From positions 1,922,001-1,986,000 of the forward strand of contig CAKKNE010000005.1 in the NCBI GenBank assembly GCA_918797485.1: a stretch of DNA of 64,000 bases. The letters are read 5' to 3'. Origin of the DNA: Pelagomonas calceolata (taxonomy: Eukaryota). The notes under the pieces are model-generated. The model saw nothing but the letters and a program-made list of their open reading frames with translations, was not told where the DNA came from and made no database searches. Position 1 is the stretch's first letter, and each line of letters opens with the position of its first letter. This document shows, one piece after another, positions 49,621 to 58,604 of the stretch. The translations under genes and the position numbers were made by a program.

Positions 49621-50529
49621 TTAGAGGCCCCCGGGTACGAGCGACAGCTCGCCGACCCACGACGCGCCGCCCTCCAGCGTCTGCGCGTCGAACGCGGCGC
49701 TCTCGACGCAGAGGAACGAGTCGAAGCCCATGCCCTCGTCGCCGTAGGGGCTCCACACGACCGTGTCCTTCCAGCCCGCGTTGTTGTTGATCGCGAGGGC
49801 CTTGCCCTTGCCCGAGTCCTTCAAGGTGCAGTCGTTGACGCCCTTGTAGACGCGGTCGTACTCCTCGGAGATGGTCAGCGCCTTGCGCGCCTCCGTCTGG
49901 TCCGACGGCGGGTCCAGCAATTTGTCGAGGTACGTGGCGCCCGCGAAGGAGCCGGCCACTTCGATGTTTTCTAGTGAGGACACGTCGAAGTACGAGTGCA
50001 AGGCGGCCTGGAAGTCCCACGAGCTAGTGCCGGTGTTTCTCACCTCCATCTTCGTGTCGAGCGACGCCGCCGTCAGGGACACGGTAAAGTCGACGCAAAA
50101 ATCATTATCCCACATGTCCTTCGTGTAATCGGAGGGAGTGAGCCGGAACGTCGCGCTCGACCCGGACGTGGCCACGACGTCCCAGTCGACGTTGCGCGCG
50201 AAGCCGTGCTGCTGGATGGCGCCGGGGCCGAACTGCGGGAAGCAGTGGCTCAGGCCGCCCGAGATCGGCTTGCTCCCGTCCATCTTGGCGTCGGGGCGCA
50301 CGGCGATGAACTCCGTGCCGCCGGCGTCCTTGTAGGACGTCACGTCGGCGCCGAAGACGAAGACTTTCGCGGACGCGCCGGACTCGTGCTGCAGGTCCAC
50401 ATAATACAAGCCGCCGGCGTCCTTCTCGAGGTAGGCGCCAGCCCTCGCTTGCAGGGCCGGGGCCCTAGTCCTCAGCTGCGGGCGCTGGAAGGCCGTGGCC
50501 CCTGCGACGAGGGCAAGGGTGGTGCGCAT
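49621..50529 (-). CDS. Glucose-6-phosphate 1-epimerase (aldose 1-epimerase family), plastid-targeted
   Basis: KPISGG..HCFPQFG, QHGFARN..W, ALHSYF, DTVVWSP and FLCVE motifs; presequence ...GATA-FQRP. Confidence 0.93.
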   Translation of the reverse strand: MRTTLALVAGATAFQRPQLRTRAPALQARAGAYLEKDAGGLYYVDLQHESGASAKVFVFGADVTSYKDAGGTEFIAVRPDAKMDGSKPISGGLSHCFPQFGPGAIQQHGFARNVDWDVVATSGSSATFRLTPSDYTKDMWDNDFCVDFTVSLTAASLDTKMEVRNTGTSSWDFQAALHSYFDVSSLENIEVAGSFAGATYLDKLLDPPSDQTEARKALTISEEYDRVYKGVNDCTLKDSGKGKALAINNNAGWKDTVVWSPYGDEGMGFDSFLCVESAAFDAQTLEGGASWVGELSLVPGGL

Positions 50530-50612
50530 TGTTCTGGTGGCTACTTGCAGCCGCACAAATGCAGCAATCTCAGCTGCAACCGCCGTGGATCGCGGAGATG
50601 CGCATGCGGAGA

Positions 50613-50638
50613 GCTTGCTAGTGTCTTACATCGCTAGC
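50613..50638 (+). promoter_or_regulatory. Upstream motif GCTTGCTAGTGTCTTAC-ATC-GCTAGC
   Basis: Exact core at 50618-50629, about 90 nt upstream of the minus-strand epimerase ATG. Confidence 0.7.
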
Positions 50639-50869
50639 TCATTAACCCTGCAGACGCCGTGGCGAAGCGTCCGGGGTCCACACTAGTGATCCCAGACACA
50701 ATAAGCGTATCTCTCTCTCGTGAAGAAGCTTATGGCGGTCGCGCGGATGACGCGAGAGCACCAAAGGAGCTCATGAGACTCGGACGCCGACGCGCACGAC
50801 GTCGACGCGAGACGTCGACGCGACAAATTGAGACGTTCTACGAGGCATTATACAACTTTTGGGGGGGGT

Positions 50870-52054
50870 CTACTTCTTCGGCGCGCCGACGCCGTACGTC
50901 GACGGCTGCGCGATGCCCTTGATGTTGCCGTAGTAGACCGGCTTCGCCGGCGTCGCGGACTTGGCCGCCGCCGCCGCCTTCTCGCCCTCGGCCGCCTTCG
51001 CGGCCTTGGCCGCTTCCTTCGCCGCTTTCGCCGCAGCCTTCTCGGCGAGGATTTTCTCCTTCTCGGCGATGCCGCGGGCCTGCGTATGATGGGGGTGACG
51101 CCGGCGATGCCTCGTAAAAGGAAAGACGCCGGCCGCGGGCCTCGGCCGACTTGAAGCCCTGCTGCTGGGCCTCCACATCAAATTTCTTGCGCTCGGCGTC
51201 GAAGGCCGCGCGGAGGGCCTTTTGCGCCTCGGGAGTTTGATCCTTGGGCACGGGCTTGACCTGCTTCTCCCAGTTCCACATGCCGAGGTAGCCGTTCTCG
51301 GGCTGGAACGGCGCGCCGGGGACCAAGACCTCGCCGCCTGTGCGCAAATCAATCAGTGTGTCGGGTGGGGCGCGGTCAGAGAACCGCACCGCCACGCCGT
51401 CGAGCAGGCGTCGCGTCGATGGCGTGCAGGTCGTGATTGAGAAGCGCCGCGAAATTTGATTTGTGCACTGCTCGCCGCCCGCGGGGAAGCCGACCCTGAC
51501 GATGCCGTCCTGGCCGATGCCCAGGCCCCTGTACTCGCCGCCCTCGGGGACGACGGTCGGGGACAGCGACGACGCCGCGGCGAAGAGCGCGAGGCCCGCG
51601 ACGCCGGCGGCGCCGGCGGCCGGGAGCGCCGAGAGCGGGTTCTGTCGCGCCTCCGCCACAAAGTCGATGGCCGCGACCTTCAGGTCCTTGGTCGACGGCA
51701 GCGCGGGCGCGGACCTGCGCGTAGTAAGTTAGTGCGAGCCGCGGCGACCGCGCGCGCGCGGGCGTGTGTCCCTTTGTGCTGCTGGGATTTTTGTTCGCGC
51801 GAGCGCCCGCCGCGGCCGCGCGCGTCCCTCTTGGATCTCCCTTTTTCTTACATCTGAGATGCTGTGCGTTGCCGCGCGCGGCGGCGGCGGTCGAAACACT
51901 GCTTCGAGTGCGCTTGCGCTGCAGCAAATTGCGAAATCGCGTCTCGCAGGACGCTGGATCTATGCGGCAGCTTGAGTGCCACCTCGCCCACGCCCGGGAG
52001 CTGCAGAGCCGCAGCCGGGCTCAGCGCTAGGGCAATCACGAGTTTAGACGGCAT
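50870..52054 (-). CDS. Hypothetical signal-peptide/single-TM protein (probably plastid); exons 52054-51852, 51714-51479, 51337-51141, 51079-50870
   Basis: Three ORF pieces join in frame via a GT-AG intron 51715-51851 (GTAAG donor, CTAAC branch point) and GC-AG introns 51338-51478 and 51080-51140. Confidence 0.7.
51080..51140 (-). other. Predicted 61-nt GC-AG intron flanked by a 9-bp direct repeat
   Basis: GCCCGCGGC (minus strand) at 51132-51140 and 51071-51079; removal corrects the frameshift, giving KSAEARGIAEKEK. Confidence 0.75.
51338..51470 (-). mobile_element. Introner element (133 bp) with 15-bp TIRs and an 8-bp TSD
   Basis: Ends CTGTGCGCAAATCAA and TTGATTTGTGCACTG (13/15 inverted match); CTCGCCGC at 51330-51337 and 51471-51478. 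Confidence 0.9.
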
Positions 52055-52307
52055 GATGTTGTGCTATCACTCAGGGTGATGTACGTATGACGAGTCTATT
52101 TCCACTGCCGTGGCAGGGCCTCTTTAATTGGAGCGTGCCTAAATCAAATAGGCCCCCACGCGAAAAATCCGAACGCGCGAACGAAGCCTAAACGCCCGTC
52201 GAGACCCGTCCGACAAACCCACGAGAGCTATACTTTTACGTAAGCCCAGGCCGCCACCAACATAACAATATCTCCCATACAAAGCTATAAACACCGCGAC
52301 GCATTAC

Positions 52308-53060
52308 TCACCACCCGCGCCGCTCGCGCGCCCGCCGCGCGCGCGCCGTCCGCTCCTCCTTCAGCGCGGCGATCTCCGCGTAGACGCGCTCCTTCGTCCG
52401 CGTCTGGTACGACTCGCCGCCGACGCCGTCGTGGCGCGCGAGGAACTTCTCCGACCGCTCGGCCTCTGTCTTGGCGTCGTCGTATTTCCCGAACCAGCCC
52501 AGGTCGTACTGCGACTTCTCCTTGTAGTACGCGCTCGGTCCCTTCGTGTTGTAGCCCGCCTCGGGCGCGTTGGCCCAGGCGTAGTAGGGATGCTTCTCCT
52601 CCTTTTTGGGGGGCGGCGCCTTTTTCGGTATCGCCTTCTTCGCCGGCGCGTCGCCGGCGGCCGCGGGCGGCTTCATGGCCGCCGGGGCGTCCCCTCCTTC
52701 CTTGGCCTTGAGGGGCGCCTTCTTGGGCACTGGCTTCTTCGCCGGCGCGTCGCCGGCCTCGGCCTTCGCCGCGGGAGGCGCCTTCTTGGGCACCGGCTTG
52801 GGCTTGTCGGCGGCGGCGGCGGCGGGCGCCGCCTTCGCCTCGGCTTTCGGCTGATCAAACGGATCTTCCGCCGGGCTCGGCGCCACCTTTGGTGCCTCGG
52901 CCTCGACAGCTTTCGCTTGCGGCGCCTCCACCGCGGGCGCATCTCCGCCGTCCGCAGCAAGCAGCCTGATTTTTGAGGCTGCTAGCTTCAAGTGTGGCAC
53001 AAACCCAAAGGTGGCAGTCGTGCACGCAATGAAAAATAGCGTACCTCGCCGCATCATCAT
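52308..53060 (-). CDS. Hypothetical plastid-type protein with Ala/Pro/Lys repeats (PKKAPP)
   Basis: Signal peptide ...TATFG-FVP, repeated PVPKKAPP, aromatic-rich C-terminal domain. Confidence 0.65.
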   Translation of the reverse strand: MMMRRGTLFFIACTTATFGFVPHLKLAASKIRLLAADGGDAPAVEAPQAKAVEAEAPKVAPSPAEDPFDQPKAEAKAAPAAAAADKPKPVPKKAPPAAKAEAGDAPAKKPVPKKAPLKAKEGGDAPAAMKPPAAAGDAPAKKAIPKKAPPPKKEEKHPYYAWANAPEAGYNTKGPSAYYKEKSQYDLGWFGKYDDAKTEAERSEKFLARHDGVGGESYQTRTKERVYAEIAALKEERTARARRARERRGW

Positions 53061-53218
53061 CTTGTATGCGGCCTCGCGCGCCAACGTTGTCAGTATGGCA
53101 CGCGCCAAGGCTCGATGGCTGGCGGACTTGGCTTTTCAAAATAGAGCCGTCGTGTGAGCGTATAGGAAAGGAACAAGAGAAGCCCTCCTACTGTATTAAA
53201 CGTGTATTGAGAATGCGT

Positions 53219-53246
53219 GCTAGCGGCCTGTAAGACACTAGCAAGC
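53219..53246 (-). promoter_or_regulatory. Upstream motif GCTTGCTAGTGTCTTAC-AGGCC-GCTAGC
   Basis: Exact core on the minus strand at 53230-53241, in a divergent spacer. Confidence 0.7.
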
Positions 53247-53455
53247 CAGCCAGCCATGAGCGCGTGCTCGCGTTGATATCGGGCTGAAATTTGCAGATCA
53301 CACCGCAAACAGCATCGCAACCTTGACTTATACATCGCCTCGCCACGTTGCCAACGTATCCGCGAACAACGAGTCAAAATAGCTGCAAACACAAGTGTAG
53401 TAGGGCAAGCATCATCGACTGTGGCGGCGCATTACTGCCTTAGGGACTCGTAACT

Positions 53456-54637
53456 ATGCTGAGAGGACTCCAGCTCGCCGCATGCTGCACGGCACTACTG
53501 CAACAACCATCGATACGACAACCTACAGCGCAAAAGGTAGCGACGGTGGACCTCACGGACCTCCTCAGCACCTGCGTCGACGCCTGCGAGCGCGGCTGCG
53601 CCGAGATCCGAAGGGTCGCGGCCCAGCTCGACCGTAATAATGAAGGCGGCGTCCGACAAGTCGACTACAAGATCGCGGGCGACCCGCGGTCCGCGCTGAC
53701 GGCGGCGGACCTCGCGGCGCAGCTTGCGGTGGTGGAGCCCCTCGCGACGGCGTGGCCCGGGCTGCGGATTGTGGGAGAGGAGGACCTCGCCTGCGACGTG
53801 GGTGCGGCCGCCGACGGCGCGGTCTGCGCCTCGCCCCTCATCGAGGTCCAGCCAGTACCAGTCCTGCGGCGCGATCGCTGCGACGGTTTGAGGAAATACG
53901 CCTCGATAGCGCAGGAGGAACGGCGCGACATCGTCGAGGCGTCTCTGGAGAGAGTGACGGTTTTTGTGGATCCACTCGACGGGACGCGCGAGTTCGTCGA
54001 GGGGCGCCTGGAGAACGTCCAGTGTTTAGTGGGGGTGGCCGTCGACGGGCGCGCCGTCGCCGGTGCGGTGGGTCTGCCGTTCGGCGGCGAGGCCGGGGCT
54101 AGTGTGGTGGTCTACGGCCTCGTAGGCGCCGGCGTCGCGACGACCGGTCCGCGATCCGTGGCCACGCGAACGAGTGCCATGCGGCCGCTTGTCGCGGCCG
54201 GCGACACGGACGACGCGACGCTGCGTTCGGCGTACGCCGCGGCCCGCGGTACAACTGGAGAGAACGTGTTGGTGGGCGGCACGGGCACCAAAATCCTCGC
54301 GGTCGTCGACGGCTTTGCCGACGTGGCCGTCATGAACTTCAAGAGTTCGTCCTGGGACACGTGCGCGCCCGAGGCGGTCCTGCGCGCGGCCGGCGGGCGC
54401 CTGACGGACATCTTCGGTGAAAACATAGCGCACGTGCCGGAGCCGGCGGACCCGGCGGGCGTGGGCTACCTGAACGCGCTCGGCGCCGTCGCGACGGGGC
54501 CCGGCTTCGCGTCCGCCCACGACGCCGTCCGCGCGGCCATGGTCCGGGACGCGGGCGCTACGAAAAAACTCGAGCCCTGGGGCGCGGACGTCGAGGCGGC
54601 GCTCGCGGCGCGGCGGGCGGCCCTCTTTCCTAGATGA
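53456..54637 (+). CDS. Inositol monophosphatase family / 3'(2'),5'-bisphosphate nucleotidase-like protein
   Basis: LTAADLAAQ, IVGEE, VDPLDGTREF and WDTCAPEAVL..AGG motifs; N-terminal signal peptide. Confidence 0.9.
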   Translation: MLRGLQLAACCTALLQQPSIRQPTAQKVATVDLTDLLSTCVDACERGCAEIRRVAAQLDRNNEGGVRQVDYKIAGDPRSALTAADLAAQLAVVEPLATAWPGLRIVGEEDLACDVGAAADGAVCASPLIEVQPVPVLRRDRCDGLRKYASIAQEERRDIVEASLERVTVFVDPLDGTREFVEGRLENVQCLVGVAVDGRAVAGAVGLPFGGEAGASVVVYGLVGAGVATTGPRSVATRTSAMRPLVAAGDTDDATLRSAYAAARGTTGENVLVGGTGTKILAVVDGFADVAVMNFKSSSWDTCAPEAVLRAAGGRLTDIFGENIAHVPEPADPAGVGYLNALGAVATGPGFASAHDAVRAAMVRDAGATKKLEPWGADVEAALAARRAALFPR

Positions 54638-54770
54638 TAACAACTTACGCGTAGTACTATGTAAGTGCGCTACTGCTCGCGCTTCCGCTTGGACGTGGCG
54701 TAGTACGCCTTGACCGAGGCTATGTTCTAGATGATAACAAATTACGCGTAGTAGTACGCCTTGACCGAGG
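54630..54770. repeat. Interleaved local duplications at the GST 3' end (27 bp and 20 bp)
   Basis: 54630-54656 matches 54727-54753 with 1 mismatch; 54700-54719 is identical to 54751-54770. Confidence 0.9.
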
Positions 54771-55434
54771 GGATCTCCCTGAACCGCGCGTGAAACGTCC
54801 GCAAGGAAGGAAAGGCCGTCAACGCGTTGGCATCGCCCGTCCACCCGTTGTTGATGGAATCCAGCACCGGGCCCCAGACGAAGTCGGCGATGGACGGCTC
54901 CGGCGTCCCCGCCAGCCAGCCCGTTTTGCCGGCCTCGAGCACCTTCGCCAGGTTCGTCAGATGCCGCGGCACGACGTCCTTGTTCAACGCCTCGGCGACG
55001 CCCGCCAGCTCGCCCGCGTACTTGTCCTCGTTGAGGAAGCCGAAGCCGAAGCGCTCCTTGTACTTCGACACGCGCACGCCGACGAACGCGTCCGCCTCCA
55101 GGTCGCAGACCGCGTCGACGCGCGCCGCGAGCAGCGGGTCGGCCGGGTAGAGGTTTGCGCTGTCGTTGAGCTTCGCGACGTAGCGCAGGATCGCCGCCGA
55201 CTGCGTCAGGACCACCGTCTTGCCATTGCTCTCGACCTCCAGCGCTGGCACCTGGCCGAACTGCAGCCGGCCCGACGCCTTCAATGCTTGGAACTCCGCG
55301 CGGTCCGCGAAGCGGTGGTCCTCGAAGGCGACGTCGGCGTGCGTCAGCGCCAGGCGGATGGCTTCCGCCTTGCCCGGGAAGTCGAAGTAGAGGAGCTTGT
55401 GTGTGGGGGTGTCTTCTCTTTCTCTCTTCGTCAT
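54742..55434 (-). CDS. Glutathione S-transferase (sigma-like); alternative stop at 54670 if 51 nt are spliced out
   Basis: KLLYFD.PGKAEAIRL, FGQVPAL, TQSAAILRY, LYP.D and SIADF motifs. Confidence 0.93.
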   Translation of the reverse strand: MTKREREDTPTHKLLYFDFPGKAEAIRLALTHADVAFEDHRFADRAEFQALKASGRLQFGQVPALEVESNGKTVVLTQSAAILRYVAKLNDSANLYPADPLLAARVDAVCDLEADAFVGVRVSKYKERFGFGFLNEDKYAGELAGVAEALNKDVVPRHLTNLAKVLEAGKTGWLAGTPEPSIADFVWGPVLDSINNGWTGDANALTAFPSLRTFHARFREIPSVKAYYYA

Positions 55435-55632
55435 CCTTGTCGTGTTTTGTGCGCCGCTTTGCACGGCGGCGTTTATGCTGTGCAGCCTCTGTGCTTGTGC
55501 TGTGCTGTGCTGTGCTGTACGTGCTGTGCTCTCCGGCCGCGAGTGCTCCAACCGTTACTCCCACTGGACTGCAAGGAAACGCGGCGTCGAGCGGATGCCT
55601 CGCGAAGTCGAGCGAAGTAGTCGAGCCAGCCA

Positions 55633-55661
55633 GCTAGCGGCCTGTAAAGACACTAGCAAGC
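55633..55661 (-). promoter_or_regulatory. Upstream motif variant GCTTGCTAGTGTCTTTAC-AGGCC-GCTAGC
   Basis: Identical to the 53219-53246 copy apart from one extra T; about 200 nt upstream of GST. Confidence 0.65.
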
Positions 55662-57000
55662 AACTCGGAACGCATGCAGCCGTTTGAGTACCGTCCGGTT
55701 CGCTACTGGTCCAAAGGGACCAATGGGACACGTACCGGGGGCCGAAAAACTAAATTTTTTAATTCGCGCCCGCGGACGACGCAATGGGCCATGGGGGCCG
55801 CGCCAGTTTAATCCTGTCAATCCCTGCCCAAAAGGTCTCCCTGGGGTCGCCTAGGGTCGCTACTATACACGTGCAAGCGCCTACGTCGCATGCGCCGCCG
55901 CTTCAATCATTTTTGGTCGAGTTCTCTCAACAAGTCGGCCCACTGGACCGTGAATAACCTGGCAATGGCTTCCAGGGCTCTCCGAGAGCACTAGGCCGCC
56001 GCATCGACGGCGTACGCGGTACGGGCGCTTACCCACTATCAGACCTACCCCGAGAGGCCTCCAGGAGCCGATCTGCATCCAAAAAAAGTGTGCAAGATGG
56101 GCCCGATGGCGCCCGGTTCCCGGTAAAAACGTTAATTATCTTAGGCCCCCCAGTAGTCGCCGTAGCGGTATCGTTGGACCCTATACTACCCCAACGATAG
56201 TCAATTACGAGTATATGACATCTACACCACGAGAAAGGTACTTTTGGCTGCCCACACTCGGGACGTGAACATCTTTATCTGGACCTCGCGTAAGTCCGTC
56301 CGTCATGAAACAAATGATCGCATTATGGTCCATGGTGATGTTACACGGGCTGATGGTCGCAGGTCCGGGTCTGGTGCCCTGTATTCGAGCGATCCTGGGC
56401 TCGCAAGGTGGCAGAGCCGCCCGGTGATTCTTGGACAAGTGATTAAATGTAGTAGACGTTCACCCCGGTTGGATGGCTCATCTGGTACCCGAAGCGCCTG
56501 AAACGCAAATTTATTTTATAAACCACCGGTCTGGGGCCTTTCCGGTGCTCCGTCAACGTAGCGTCGTCCGCGGAGAACGGGCAAGTCGGTCGATCGTGAA
56601 TAGAACAACGGCGTTATGGTCCATCTGGGTAGTGGCGTCGCTGATACTCGCGGGTCTAGGTATTGCGCCTTTTTAAAAGTAAACGTGGGGTCGCGAAGAT
56701 GACGAATCGCGAGGCTCTAACGGAATATCTAAAATAGCTCAGTGGGCGCTGATGCGGATTAGATGGCCTCTACCACTAACAAACGGATAAAAACGAACAT
56801 AAACTCGGGAGTTGTCTAGTAGAATTCTTCTCCCGCCCTCCGAGCGCGGGCCGTCGGCTCCGGTTCCGTCGAGTGTGGATGAAAACTGGGCTGGAGTTGA
56901 TATGATGTACCATTTGGACGGTAGAAGGCACCGTCAATCGCTGGTGTATTTTGGCGAGCCGCAAGACCTGGTGATCTAGCGTATCGACACACTAGGAATC

Positions 57001-57057
57001 CATATATATGTGTGTGTGTGTGTATGTATGTATAGACATACATGAGTACATGTATAC
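57001..57057. repeat. Alternating purine-pyrimidine microsatellite (TA/TG/TATG)
   Basis: CATATATATGTGTGTGTGTGTGTATGTATGTAT... seen directly. Confidence 0.85.
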
Positions 57058-57179
57058 AGGCCTAGGCGGATGGCTTTTGAAAACAGACCTGTCCGACTGA
57101 CCCCTGAATAGTGAAGTTCAACCGGTAATCTCCGCTCTGCTAGCCTGGGCGACTCGGACGACATATACAACACTCCACC

Positions 57180-58151
57180 TTAGTTCCACGCGAGCGCCGC
57201 GCGCTCCGCCCAGTACGCCTCGGAGTCCTGCCGCGTCTCGCCCATGATGCGCCCCAGGAGCTCCGGGTCCCCGCGTAAGCGCTCGGCGACGGGCAGCGCT
57301 CCCAGGTTTGACGCGATCTGGTCGGTCGTCACCGCACCACTCAATACGTGCGGCTCGAAGGGCTGCGCCAACACACACGCCAACGCCAGCGCGTCCGGCG
57401 AGCAATCGAGTTCCGCCGCGTGCTTCAGAAGTGCAGCGTTGGATAGCACTCGGCCGTTCGCCATCGCCTCCTTGACGATGATAGTGCAGCCTTGCGCATG
57501 CGCGGCCGTCAACGACGGTCCGGGCGCCTGCTCGAAGATGTTGTACGTCGCCTGGACGGCGTCGAAGAGGCGCTCGCCGTCGACCTCGATTTTGAGGGCC
57601 GCGTCGACGACGTCTCCCTGGGCCGGCGACGACACCGACAGCCCGAGCGCCCAGCCCCTGTCGCGCTTGAGCGCCGCGAGCGCTTCATGCGTTTCAACGT
57701 TGTCGAGGATGCCACTGTCAAAGGTCGCTGAATGAACCTGATACAGGCGCAGGTGGGACCCAACAAGATCGTCGCTCTCGGGCCACTGCTGCCGCAGGTG
57801 CGCCGCGGAGTGGTCCTTGACCTCGTGGGGCTCCCCAGCTGTGTCGACGCGCCAGCCGGCGGTATAGCGGTAGCCCCATTTGGATGAGACGGCTACGGCG
57901 TCGCAGGTGTGCCCGCGTTTCTCGAGCCACTTCCCGACGAAGTCCTCGGAGAGGCCATACGAGCGCGCACAATCGAACCATCGGACGCCGCCCGCGTACG
58001 CGGCGTCAAGCACCTCCTCCGCGCGCGCCCGCATCGCCTCGACGCTGCGGTCGGCGAGATCCGCGCCTCTGTTGAGCGTGATGTAGCCAGGCCTCCCAAG
58101 TGCTGCCAGGCCCAGGCCGAGCCGCGGCGCGCCGGCTGGGAGGAGACGCAT
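57180..58151 (-). CDS. Aldo/keto reductase
   Basis: LGLGLAALGRPGY, FDCARSYG.SE, VSSKWG, LYQVHS and VLSGA.T..Q...N motifs. Confidence 0.92.
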   Translation of the reverse strand: MRLLPAGAPRLGLGLAALGRPGYITLNRGADLADRSVEAMRARAEEVLDAAYAGGVRWFDCARSYGLSEDFVGKWLEKRGHTCDAVAVSSKWGYRYTAGWRVDTAGEPHEVKDHSAAHLRQQWPESDDLVGSHLRLYQVHSATFDSGILDNVETHEALAALKRDRGWALGLSVSSPAQGDVVDAALKIEVDGERLFDAVQATYNIFEQAPGPSLTAAHAQGCTIIVKEAMANGRVLSNAALLKHAAELDCSPDALALACVLAQPFEPHVLSGAVTTDQIASNLGALPVAERLRGDPELLGRIMGETRQDSEAYWAERAALAWN

Positions 58152-58604
58152 TTCGATCGTCTGTGGCGTCTTGCAGCGTGCTGCCTGGCTGTGGGTGCTT
58201 AGTCCGGCAGTACGTGCACAAATTCGAGACGTGATGTCGCCTAAATACTGGAGCAGTACCAGAACGCCGGCTAACCGAAAAATAAGCCCCAGCAACCCAC
58301 AATACAGCTCGCGGAGCATACCAGCGGCATACACACACTAGCGTGCTAAGCAAGCCGCGGCTCCGCTACGCTCGCCAGTGCTTGCCAGGAGCACCGCTGG
58401 ACGCAGCTGGGCACGCGACCAACGCGTCGGGCCGGCCTCGCTGAGGCTAGTCGCCGCCGCGGCAGAAAGAGGCTAACAGAGGCCCATCGTCGCCGAGAGC
58501 CCGGGAGGCCGCCGCGCGCGCTCCCCGCCGGCCGCGCTGCTGTAAGAGGACGCCGGCGAGCATTCGAGTAGTGTCCTAAGTGTATTTGTCACAAAAAACA
58601 CACC

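Noticed and set aside
55689..56923. TACCGTCC / GGACGGTA as TIRs of the low-GC island
   Set aside because: Only 8 bp, does not extend, no TSD
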